Below, piece after piece: positions 24,766-36,931 of a stretch of 64,000 nt of DNA. The first letter of the stretch is position 1. The number at the start of each line of letters is the position of its first letter. Location of the stretch: positions 496,001 to 560,000 of the forward strand of contig JAQGDQ010000117.1 in assembly GCA_030141605.1 (NCBI GenBank), given 5' to 3'. The DNA comes from Tubiluchus corallicola. Taxonomy: Eukaryota > Animalia > Priapulida. The notes beneath the pieces were generated by a model that was given only the letters and a program-made list of their open reading frames with translations, ran no database searches and was not told where the DNA came from. Position numbers and translations under genes: made by a program.

Positions 24766-25104
24766 GCAGTGTTTATCAGATTTCCGGAATACGTTAAGTG
24801 GGGTTTACTTAGCATTCGGAATGCGTATGCGTTATGCGCTTGCGGAATAGATAAAATCGGTTTATATTGTTTTTTAAGACCTGCATATGCGTTATTTCAT
24901 TCTACAGCCATTTTGCATATGGCATAAACATTCCGGATGCTAGGTAAACGCGACTTTATGCGTTATTGCGATTTCAGCTACGTATAAAAAATCAATAGGA
25001 ACAGCTGCAGAAAAAATGACGCAATAAAAGGGTATATTGAAAACAATATAAAATGATTTTACGCAATAACATATAATGCATTCCTGATATCTGCTAATCA
25101 CGTA
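24766..25104. mobile_element. PIF/Harbinger (Tourist-like) MITE, outer element
   Basis: GTGTTTATCAGATTTCCGGAATACGTTA at 24769 is inverted as TAATGCATTCCTGATATCTGCTAATCAC ending at ~25101. Confidence 0.65.
24797..24955. mobile_element. PIF/Harbinger (Tourist-like) MITE, inner element, TTA TSD
   Basis: 27-bp imperfect TIR AGTGGGGTTTACTTAGCATTCGGAATG / CATTCCGGATGCTAGGTAAACGCGACT. TTA at 24794-24796 and 24956-24958. Confidence 0.82.
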
Positions 25105-25383
25105 TCAAGGTATTGTTGTTATCATGTTAATTTTGTAAACCTGCTGTATATATATAATTATATATGAGTGTTTATAATTTTACCAATCTATTGAGAGATG
25201 TGTGTTGTAATAATTGTATTTTAGTAGCCATACTTCGTTTAATTATAATATGTTCTACTATATTAGAATGACGGTATTGCCAGTATTAACAGTGTAGTCA
25301 TCATAAAATAATGCTGCATACATCAAGTGCACATTTTATGTTCAATTGCATGCATTTTAAAGGCAATAAAAATATGTGTTCCT

Positions 25384-25941
<558 letters not shown>

Positions 25942-26022
25942 ACCACTTCACCCATCTTTTATTTACTAAACTTTCACGCAAACCTCACCGCAACCATAAT
26001 TCCACTATCAGGGCTTACTTAC

Positions 26023-26118
26023 AAGTTTCGGCTTTTGACTTCTCTCCATCCCAAGTAATGACATTACTGTACTTTTTGTACCGATTTTTTTATGTACACT
26101 ATATTTTGCTTGAGATGG
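26023..26118 (-). CDS. CRHBP: Probable CRH-binding protein exon 2 (N-terminal pro-region)
   Basis: aatttattccag|...CTT|gtaagt, 96 nt, open, phase 0-0 as needed between exons 1 and 3. Encodes PSQAKYSVHKKIGTKSTVMSLLGMERSQKPKL. No homology support. Confidence 0.6.
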
Positions 26119-27734
26119 CTGGAATAAATTACTATAACGTAATAACTATAATTATAACTATAACTATAACTACAACTATAATAACTATGGCTATAACGCC
26201 GGTTTTATTCATCGTATTTGTGAACTCGTTTTTGGCGCCATAAAATCATTTATCTTAATAGTCCTTACCAGCCAACAAATTCAAAGGCAATCCATCCTCC
26301 AACGATCCCAGCGTTATAAAATATAACCCTGTTCAATTAACCCACTGTTGATCAATAATTTCAGTTATTTTTTCATTCATTGTGCTAATTTACCTCTTCT
26401 GTTCAAACCGTCAAACAGTACATTACAGTCATTTCAACGTTTTACCATAATAACAGAAATTGCAAAGCTATGAAAACATTTGAGCTAAGAAAGCTACTTT
26501 TGACTCTTATGTTAAAATGTAGATGGAACCACAAAACAGGTAAAAGCATTATCATTTAGCTTGTGATACGAAGAGGTGCGGGTAACACCCAAAATACAGA
26601 GTATTTCAGAGTAAGTCCTCCGCTAATTTGAGTTTCGAGTTTGTTTTGCAGCTATTCGACCAACGATGTTCATTTTGCGGAAAACTATTAATCAAGAGCT
26701 GGGAATTTGTTTGACTCCACATTTGGAATTTTGTTGACCCTAGACCAGAGGTACAAAATCGTTGCAATAGACTTATGAAGCCAAGCTTGATGCCACCGAA
26801 ATTAGATGAGTCACATTCTCATCTAATTCCTCTTCTAATTGTTATTATAATAACATTGAAAAACCGCGTATAAAAATTCATTTGAAACCCTAATGTGATA
26901 CTATACTAAAGGAATTCAAAGAGTCGATTTTAGACCAAGCCGTTTTCTATTTTAGTAAAGTATATATGTAAGTGAATAAATTGAACGTTTATGCAGATCA
27001 CGTAGTGAACGTGACACAATGATTACATTCAGAACTATAAGCACCTATAATAGTGCTAGGAAGCAACCTTGACATACACGCACACGCACACACACACGCG
27101 CGCGCACACTTAATCCTTAGTGCTCAGCATACGCTAAGAAACAGGAAGTATATAATGCTCCTAATTCGTATATTGTTTAACACCCAGTTATGGCTTCTGT
27201 TGATAAACAGCTTAACCTGACCAACTCTGTATTTCAGTGACGCCATTGTTTGTCTAAAGCAGATTTCACGACCTTAATGTAACGTAGCTTTGCGTTAATA
27301 ATCAAAGAGAAACTCATAGTATATTAAGATAGTAGCATGCGATATAGCACCTTTATAGCTGTAGTTATAATAGCATTAAATCCTTGGGGAAGCCGGTGAT
27401 ATTATAAAGAGATCGCGCATTAATATATCGCTTGAATGGTTTCTGGATTTCAGTTGTAGAGGATCAAATATTAATTAATATTGAAATCCAAATGTCACAT
27501 AACTAGCTAGATTTTCAGTTACGGAATTTTCGGTTTTAAATTGCAATGTAAGTTTTCTAATACCGCAACTATGTTAGAGATAAATAAATATTAGCGATCA
27601 AAATGGGATGAAGAACTGACAGTAAAGCTATTCATATATATCGGGTCGAAGAGTACAGCGCAAATACACAATAATTTCCCGTAGCACAACAGTTATATAT
27701 AGCAGAACAAGTGTTCAAGCAACAATTTTGGTAT

Positions 27735-27943
27735 AATGAAATAAAGGGCCTCTGTTTCAATGATTTTATTTCAGATAAAGAGCCCTTGCTTGAAGCCCTT
27801 TATTTTGATAAAGGGCCCCTGTTTGAAACACTTTATTTGAAATGTATCACTAGTAAAAAAATTCAAAATGGATATGGACGAGTTAGAGGGAACTCCATAA
27901 TTTCATTAGCCTAGTGGTCCCAAGCGGTCATGATTCGGCCCTG
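27735..27943. mobile_element. Right end of a non-autonomous hAT element
   Basis: Repeated AAAGGGCCC motifs ending in ATTCGGCCCTG, the inverse of a CAGGGCCGGAT-type TIR. Left end not found. Confidence 0.5.
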
Positions 27944-29907
27944 CTTACAGCGTTGTATTCCATACTGTCAGTTAATTGAATTTCATACATTATTGTTCAG
28001 TTCATTTTATAGGTTATATTTCTATGAGGTAGTCTTTGAAGAGAGCATAGGAGGTACCTCTTAATATCAATTAACCAGAAAGAGTAATAAGTGCGTGTAG
28101 TATACGAAATATCGGCGCATTACAATTGAATAAAGTGTAATAATAATTTCTCGGTTACGCTCAAAATATTTTGGGGGTTATATATTTGATTTTACAATTA
28201 TAATAATATTTCTACTTTCTAAACCTCAAGACTATTATTTTTCCGCCAGCAAGATACCAACGATGTCACAACGCACCTGAATTATTAACCAGCGATTTGT
28301 AGCTCTGGGAAATTATCAATTTTTGAGTGGCACATATATAGTTAGTTGGTTAACATCACCATTTGAAATCAACAAGTAATACTTTGTTAAGCCTGCCGTC
28401 ATTCACCCTTCACACCCAATTATATTTTGTCCTTAGAGCCTTAACCCTGGGTATAAAAGGTGGTAATTAGAATTCAGCGCCCATATATAGCTCGGTACTA
28501 TGCAGGCTTCAAATTAGTACTAAATCTAAGCACTCGGCTGTGATCTAATTCTAAGACACCGCCTACTGTAGTTCATTATTCCAGCTGTCAGGCCAAATTA
28601 AACTGATGACCGAATTCTCATTTCACAGAGACTTAATTAATTAAAGCCATTAATTAATTACAAATCAATTAATTAAACCCGAGACACTTATTGAAATAAT
28701 AATAATTTAGCTGTTTATTTAGGTGCTAGAATGCTGAGCTGGATATATCAAGGTCGCGAATTCGCGTTTGCCCTTCGCTGAGCTGTTCGACGATTGTCCA
28801 AATTGTTCTCATAGAGCCCTGGAAATTTATATCTGTTTGCTTTAAACCGCAAAACAGTGGCAATTCTACGCAAATTGTGTTCCTTAGACTGAGATTGATT
28901 ATTGGTCATTGATTGATCATTATGTACTGTTTTGGCAGCGTATCAATCGCAGATAAAACTAGTCCGACGGTATTGGAATGCCTGCTAAAAAGCAAAGCAA
29001 AATTAGACAAATCCAGCTTAGCGTTTTTCTGAGTAATCAGTAGTAGATAAAGTTTGAACCATGTAGACAAAAGGTGCGCTTTGTTAAGACCTGACACCAA
29101 CCTGGTCTGCGTTTTTAGGTTTTTTACAGATGCCAGAACTCCTGGCAAATTTTGGCATCAATTACAAATTTTGGATGAACTGTATTTTTCGTCTTTTGTG
29201 TAATTGAGCAAATTTTAAAAAATTTATTACTATTTCTAACTATCACTGTTAACTAACTAAAAATTTATAAAATAATGTGCATGTATTAGGTTATTTTTTA
29301 ATTGAGTTTCGATAACCTTAGACACGCTCATTTTTTATGTTGTTGTTTAAAAACGTAGTTAAGATTTTTTTAATGGAAAAGACCAGTTTCCATTTAAATG
29401 TAATCGACTGTAAAAGTAATGATCAGCTACTTGTTTCTTTGAATTGTTTATGTAGCTCTGTTTTTGACATATGCACGCACCATTTACTGCACTACTGACT
29501 TTACAACCGATCAAGAAATAACTTGTTTACAAATTGAATGATGTCACATCCAGGTAGCACTGACATGTTAACATCTAGGCACAAACTATTTAGTAAACTT
29601 TCATACGTTTGTAGGAGGCGTGCAAACCAAGACAGTTTTCAGTAACAATTTCAGCTTGTGTATCAATATTAGTAGTGCAGTAGATTTCCTTCCATTTCAT
29701 GTCGATTAAATCAGCGAGAAATGATACATTATTCTCTTATAAGCTTGTATGATGGATTTGAGTCAAAGTTTGATGAGGTGGATTTCAGCTTTAATAACAA
29801 AATTATGGTCAGAATAATCACAAGGCAACTGTCGATGTCTGATCGCCATCTGACTGACTTTTATGACAAGTAGCAGTAGGTTCTTTCTGTGATATTTTAG
29901 AATATGG

Positions 29908-30041
29908 TATAGTGTAGTGTAGTGTAGTGTAGTGTAGTGTAGTGTAGTGTAGTGTAGTGTAGTGTAGTGTAGTGTAGTGTAGTGTAGCGTATACTGCAGT
30001 GTAGTGTAGCGTAACATAGCATAGCATAGTACAGTATAGTA
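29908..30041. repeat. (GTAGT)n pentanucleotide microsatellite with degenerate tail
   Basis: Seen directly. Confidence 0.95.
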
Positions 30042-30299
30042 TGGCTAGTTTAATACAGCGCCACCTTTCATTTTACAGCAATTTAAAACACATAGTTACA
30101 GTAAAATAAAAGCCACTCTAGCGACACATTAAATCTTACTACAAACAACCATTTACTTATAATTAGAAACAGTCACAAATGGGACAACGCAATAAAACAC
30201 TGTTTTTTCAGAATGGACCGATAAATTGATCACAAAAACGGCCTTTGATCTTCAGGAATATTAACCTTCTAATTTCCAACATAAAGTGATTAATCCGAC

Positions 30300-31480
30300 A
30301 TCTAAATTTAACTAATGCACTTCTGTGGTTTTGGACAACGTGCTTGATGCATGCAATTCAGTGTTACTGTCCTTTTTGAAAAGTTCATGGGATCTCTTGC
30401 AGTCTATTACAGCCTTGTATATTTGAGTACACCTCGCTAAGTTCTTGATACCAATTCTACTCTTCTTTTTCACATACTGATAAATCGACTTTAGAAATGT
30501 CTTTACTAAATGCATACTGATTATTACATAAATGTGGCAACCGCCTTACAGGATAGGGGTTTTGTCTAGGGGATAAACATGGCCGTCGTTTCGCTTAAAA
30601 TGCTCATATTTCTCGACATTGAAATATTCGCTCAATTCTCTTCCTCTTTTGACAATGTAACGTCGCAATCTCTTATCGACCCAATATGCTACTTAGGAGA
30701 CCTGCGAAGTTTTGTATTATTTTCCAAAAAGTCACGTTTCCACTTAGCAACTATTGACTTACCTTTAACTATAGTTGAAACTTTCCTTTTGCTATTCCAA
30801 AAGCCATGTCAAATTTTGTTCTTGGAAAGAAATTACTCAAGTTTTTCTTTATATTCACACTACTGCTAACTAATGATTTGTCTTTTACATTGTCTATTAG
30901 TACAGTACGTTCTGCTAACTAATGATTTGTCTTTACATTGTCTATAATCACAGTACAGTACATTGTCTATTAGTACAGTACAGTACATTGTCTATTAGTA
31001 CAGTACAGTACATTGTCTATTAGTACAGTACAGTACATTGTCTATTAGTACAGTACAGTACATTGTCTATTAGTACAGTACGCTCTGCGTCTGTTGTGGA
31101 ATTATAGATTGATTAATTTTCATTGACTGAATTAAGTTCGAGTTTGCTTGAGAGATTTATGATTTCACAGTATCATTGTAAGTTGGCTTGACTTTACTTC
31201 GCGTTATGACGGCCACTTTTTGGTCAATCTTGTGTAGCGTCTGGTGTCTTTATGTCTGAAATTTTCGTCAGTCCGATATTGCAACTATCGGTCTCCGCGT
31301 AACAAACTTGTTGCATCTAATAATTTTTTACTATCAGTTTCCTCTTTGATTAGTTTAATTGCAAGAGTATTTATTTCTGTTAAAGTGCTTATAGCCTCAT
31401 CATTCCCAGGAAAATCTGGAAGGTTGTCTAAACAGCAAACTTCAGCCATAGAGCCATCTCCGACGTAGGTTACTAACAGT
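30300..31480 (-). mobile_element. Degenerate LINE ORF1-like region, interrupted by a minisatellite
   Basis: Stop- and frameshift-ridden peptides on the minus strand: MAEVCCLDNLPDFPGNDEAISTLTEINTLAIKLIKEETDSKKLLDATSLL, LHKIDQKVAVITRSKVKPTYNDTVKS, SSVNIKKNLSNFFPRTK, KSIVAKWKRDFLENNTK. Family assignment is inference. Confidence 0.4.
30863..31082. repeat. Minisatellite: ~49-bp duplication followed by 25-bp tandem array (CATTGTCTATTAGTACAGTACAGTA)
   Basis: Identical units at 30961, 30986, 31011 and 31036, plus a partial unit at 31061. Confidence 0.95.
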
Positions 31481-31931
31481 GAGAATGTAAATCTGAATCC
31501 TAGGTATCACATTTGTTACAGATTACGGCTGTAATCACGGCTGTGGCATTTCACGATTCAGATGATAAAATCACGAGAAAATTTACAATCAAGTAAAAAT
31601 TATAACAAATCTGGGAGCTCACATAGGAATTAACTTTACTACAAGCAAGACGTTTTTACTGCCTGCGATAATCTCATTGTTCAATATTTAAATCGTTTTT
31701 AAAGCTTGACTGAATAATAAAGTGCATATTCTGCATCATTGTTGAAAATAACTTGTTGTTTGTGACATCTTGATGTGATTTTTAAAATTTATATAGATTT
31801 TAAGTTTTATAAATAGCAAAATACAAGACTCGCGTACTTTTCGATGTCACGTTGCATAGGTTGAACAGGTTATGTGACAAGATGTTCTGCGATAGTAATG
31901 TAAAATTTACAACATGCAAAAGTGTAACTAG

Positions 31932-32697
31932 GGCTCATTTCACAGTGAGGATGCCGGCAAAATTCCTTGAGGGGAAATTCTTTGCGATATTCCTCACCAA
32001 AATGAAACACATTGTTTTACAGTGGCGCCTCGCTGAAGCTGTGCGTGCTCCTCGCGAGGAAAGTTGCAGCATGCTAGAAATACTACTGTTCCGTTTTTGT
32101 GCGGAATCCTCGCAGAATTCAGATTAAAACTTAACTGCACAATTGTTTCTTTCTTGATTAATGGACAACAGTTAACACATTTCAGCATAAAATTATAATA
32201 GGAGCATTCAGCATTAAATTATAATAAATAATAAATATATTAATAATAATATTTATTAATTATAAAGAACATAATATTTACTCTCTCTTTTACAGACGAT
32301 TTTATGTTTTATTCATGCAACAGCCAAACTATATTCTGGTATAATCGTGAAATTTCTCTCGATCGTCTCTCAAATGACCATGCAAGATAGCAACAATACC
32401 ACAAGGCTGCCTTGATTCGTTATTAGGATTGCACCGATAACGACAGCAATTAATACTATCGTAATAATAGTAAGTCTTAGTAAAAACATGAGTCGTCCTC
32501 GTTGTCCATGTTGACGAGTAATAGCTACAAACTTGCAACTCGCAAAGTAGCTGCAGCTAAATTGACGCGCGAAAAAACGCGCTGTTTCAATGTGAAATGA
32601 ACTTTTCTTGCTGCATCAAGAAAAAATCGGAAATTTCTGATTTCCTGACAGCAATTCCGTGCATCATTTTCCTTGCGCTCTCACTGTGAAACGGGCC
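31932..32697. mobile_element. Non-autonomous PIF/Harbinger element
   Basis: TIR GGCTCATTTCACAGTGAG / CTCACTGTGAAACGGGCC, flanked by TAG and TAA. Confidence 0.7.
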
Positions 32698-35600
32698 TAA
32701 CCCAACATTCAGAAAGAAATACACTTCACTAAGTGCTGCACAGGATTTCAGGAGGAACACAACATATAAATAGTCTATTGGATATTTTAAATATTTAACA
32801 CAACTATTACGCTGGATGCTATCTCCCAAGCATTAGGGTCTTCGTAACACGGTATTGTAATTAGGCCTGGCCTAGGGATCAAACACGCGCTATACAGTTT
32901 AGCGGAGCAACTAAACTAAGACTGTTAAGTGCAGGATTATTTGTCCTCGTAGCAAAACCAATACCTGCCACAGCATTGCATTTAGCAAGATCAACATTAG
33001 CTACTAGGCGTGAATCCAGAGCTCATAGACAAAGAACGAATTTTAAACATTTGAAGCAAACATCAATAAATGAATCATAACTAAAAATAGATTGCAGAAA
33101 AGAAATTCGTGAAAAAACACTCTTTACCACTACAAACTCAGATCCAACGCAAACAACGGTATTCGTATTAAATGTACATGGTTGTGGCGGGATCGGAACC
33201 ATTTATTAGTTATCAAGACACAAAGCAACATAAAACTGCGATAAGGTGTGATTTGATCCATAGCATTTCTTTTAGCTTAAAAGTGAAGTAAAATGTGAAA
33301 TAACGCGACTTTGCTCTTAATATATCAAATTTTTATATTTGTTTTTAAAGAATTTATGTATCTTTCTGCATTTTAGCCAAAACCAAAAAAACGTTTTGTA
33401 ATCAGCTTTCCTACCTATCTGCTGACCAAATTCGGCATTGCCTAAGTTCGGTCGCTAAACGTACCGCGACTTTTAAACTATTCCCAAAAGTTGAGGAAGA
33501 TTTCAAATTAAGATAAGTAATCTTACAAAGTTTTTAGTTAACAGCCGCGGATTTTATATACACAGTCTTTGGTGGACTGGCCGACAGAAAAAATGTGATT
33601 TTTACATTCTGATATTTAATATAAACATTTAATATAATATAATGTCGGCCACCACAATCTTCACACGAATATGGTTTTTATATTAGATAATAATCACTGA
33701 CTATTTCCCAGATGCTCATTCGAACGGACGGGCAGTCAAGTAGGCAAACTTTTTAATTAAAGCAGAAGAAAATACTATTTTTGCATGAAGCTAAAAATTT
33801 ATCTTGAAATTTTGAATCACTTGTAAGCTGTTTTATTGCATACAGGTCTTGTCTTAGCAGCAAGGCTGCACAAAACTTAGTTTCGTTAGATGTCAGCCTT
33901 TTAACCGTAAGCAGTTTAAAACAAGTTTAGATAACATTGAGTAAAGTTTGGAAAAATAATCAGAGCATTCATAGCACACACTTTAGCAGCTAAGCAAAAG
34001 TGTAAATTACCTTGTCTTGCAGAGATTAGCAATATGATTTTTGGTGGGCCAGTGACGCTTTTTAGTGCATGCTGAGATAGTGAGCAAGTAACATTTCACC
34101 AGTTCGCGCGAACATTTTAAATTACAAATAAGTTTCTTTTCAAGTTACATGTGTTTTTCAAACAAATAAGCATAATCCTAAATAATATAACTTTGCACGG
34201 AATTCTTTTGGGACATAATTTTAAAGTGCCGTTTTTTTCCCCTTTAAAGTGAATAAACTGATCAAGTATGGTCATAACATTTAATATTTTTAAAAGCAAT
34301 TCCTATTCATACCGTTTAACTCACAGAGTTTGCACCCACGCTCCTGTTAGGTCTTTATGAAGAGTAAAATGGCGTATTTTGTAGCAGTTCTGTCGATTGC
34401 ATTAGCGACTCAAGTGCGTCTAGGTATAAATTACTCGCATTTGATATCCTCACCTGAACGATGTCACGCGTTGTAGTTATTTTAGGCTCCTAACATTTGT
34501 GTTGGCGACAAAAATTTGACCAAGCAATGGAAAATTATAAATCGTGGTTTGCAGTTCATTTTTTGTCGTATGTTAATTGTGCTTCTGAGTATTAGTTAAA
34601 TTATAAAGTCCGAACACAGAAAATGGAAATAAGCCTAATTAATGTAAAGCAGCTTGTCCTGCAAAATAATCCACATAATACCAGTTCCGTTTATTTGGCT
34701 TGTTTAGCTGGCCTCGGAGGTAAAAAGAACAAGTTCACAAATCACGCCAGCTCAGTTAGTGAGTTAAGTAAAGCATAGCAATACTGTTATAAAAATAACT
34801 CGCCCTAAATGGTCTTGCTTATATTTAGATACGGAAAATAGCATCTTCGGTAAGCACAAAGTGCGTCAACGTAAAGATTATGCAATTGAACTTTGGATTA
34901 AAAAGTCCCCGAGAGATAAATCTGGAATTATGCAAGCTGGTTTTATTGCAAGGTGACTAGACCAACTGTCAAATGGCGAAAAAGGTCGTCGACCACGCTA
35001 TTTTCATATGATGTACAAATTTGTCAAATATATTGTAACAAATTGACCTACTTTCTCTGAAAGTATTTGATTTGAAACTATCAAAATGAAACGCATTTTA
35101 ACAATAGTATTAGTTTTTGTTATATTTCCTAAATATTTCTTTCAAATGTATTATTTTAGCGGTTTTTAGGCTTTAGTAATGTGATCAACTTTTCAGTTGT
35201 TATTCCAGTCTATGATATGGCTTATTCGGTAAAGCTGCTGAAGTTTGATCTATAATAGATACTTCGTTTAGTTTATTAAAGAGCGAATGGTAGACATTTG
35301 CATCAAAAATGTGAAAACGTGGAATGCGAACAGATACGGGTGAACGAATAAGTAACCGCTATTGCTATTGCTAAAAAGCGGGAATTTTTATTTTTAATGA
35401 ACCACAGCTCAAACAACAGATTTATGATTTTTTTCGTTTTAACATAATCATATTTAAGTTGGGTTTCCTTAAAATAATTTATTGAAAAGTACAACAATTT
35501 TCCGATTCGTTTCTTTGTGGAATATACGAGAAAACCGTAGCATTAAGCGTACCTTTTACATTATAAATTTGAGCTGTTTAAATGTTCTGCCTTTTTTCAT

Positions 35601-35922
35601 TGTAAGCTCTCCGTAGAACATTTATATTTGCTATATCAACTTTTTGCTGCCCTATTTCTACAATTCAGGTAATGGGCATATGACGACGACGATGATGATA
35701 TTTGCTACTCGGATTTTGAGTCACTAACTACTTTTAGAGAGAATCTTTGTTAATAAGTGACTTTTGTACCCACTGAGTGTTGATACTGCGGGATGATAGA
35801 TTGAAAACCCATGTAACATTGATGTTACGGAGATTTGGGATAATAATATATTTACCGTTGTTCGCTTGCTTCATTTTGTGTTTAGACAATTTCATTAATT
35901 TCTAAATTCGTGTTTTCCTTAC

Positions 35923-36000
35923 CTCGGATATAGGGTTTGCCATTATTAACGGGGCTAACATACAACACAGCACAGTGTGAGCGAAAGAGAGCGGTCCCAT
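35923..36000 (-). CDS. CRHBP: CRH-binding protein coding exon 1 (signal peptide)
   Basis: gaaaATGG start context. Encodes MGPLSFAHTVLCCMLAPLIMA-NPISE. Donor GAG|gtaagg, phase 0. Lies just downstream of a CpG-rich promoter-like zone. The eight exons total 1089 nt (362 aa plus stop). Confidence 0.85.
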
Positions 36001-36399
36001 TTTCTGGCAGATGTCGCCTCCAGTAATGAACGATCCAACCCTCACGCGGGTAACCCGCTCCGAAGATCACCTTTGATTTTTTATCATAAAAGTTCGATCG
36101 AGTCAAATTTCACTTCCGTTTCCAAACACCGGAAACGCCGCCCACGCAAATGCCGATGATTTTTCTTTTTCAAAATCTTTCTACACACTTCGAGGCACAG
36201 TTTCTTTCTAACTTCATCAGAGCAGTTTGTTCCTAGTTGTTACGTTGTCCTACTCCGATGCAAATTTTTTCCTGTCCAACAGAAATTCATTGTAGGGTTT
36301 TGTGATGAAGCTGCCTCCTTGTGATGATAATGATGATGACAAACACATTCAGTCGGGCCGAAGTAGAGTTTTACAGTGCGCGGCGGCGTACAGAAACTC

Positions 36400-36545
36400 C
36401 CCCACCGCACACTCAGCTCGCGCCGAGAGGAAAAGACTAGAGCGATATTTGCGAAAACACTCCTACGCATGCGGGTGACGTCATACCGCGTTCGCGGGAG
36501 AGCCTGCGAAAATTGCAAGCTATGACAGAGATCCGGATACACTTA
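36400..36545 (-). promoter_or_regulatory. Putative CRHBP promoter with palindromic CRE and NRF1-like motif
   Basis: Local CpG/GC enrichment. TGACGTCA at 36476-36483, ACGCATGCG at 36465-36473, and Inr-like CTAGTC on the minus strand at ~36435-36440. Confidence 0.65.
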
Positions 36546-36852
36546 CCAGTGAAATGCACATTTCCGTTGATAAACAAAATAACAGAAAACAGAGAATGAA
36601 GTCGCACACATGTAACAACTATTACCTGAACAGCAAAAAAACTTTGAGATGCTAAATTTGCCTATGCGCAGTCTTAAACGTGCACAAAATTTAAAAGTTT
36701 TTGGATCACGATATATAGCAGCGCAATGCACTGAACACATGCGCTAAAAAGAAAAATCACGAAGGAAGTGCAACGTAAGTCAGTTTACTTAAGTAACCGT
36801 ATAGGTCTGGATTTGTCCTTAAGTAAATTCCATAGAAGAGATAGTCATAGAA

Positions 36853-36931
36853 GCGATGACAACATTAGGCCTACTGTCATGCCTACATGCTAATACATGT
36901 AGGCTGACAGTAGGCCCAATGTTGACATCGC
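36853..36931. repeat. Near-perfect inverted repeat (~36-bp stem, 6-nt loop)
   Basis: GCGATGACAACATTAGGCCTACTGTCA(T)GCCTACATG-ctaata-CATGTAGGCTGACAGTAGGCCCAATGTTGACATCGC. Confidence 0.9.

Noticed and set aside
30961-31082. CRISPR-like array
   Set aside because: Head-to-tail identical 25-bp units with no unique spacers, in a eukaryotic context.
34369-34423. Signal-peptide-like ORF MAYFVAVLSIALATQVRL on the + strand
   Set aside because: Opposite strand to CRHBP, weak donor and no downstream exons found; a better CRHBP signal exon exists at 35923-36000.
36195-36226. Hammerhead-like CTGATGA...GAAAC on the minus strand in the CRHBP 5' UTR
   Set aside because: No pairing for stem II, I or III.
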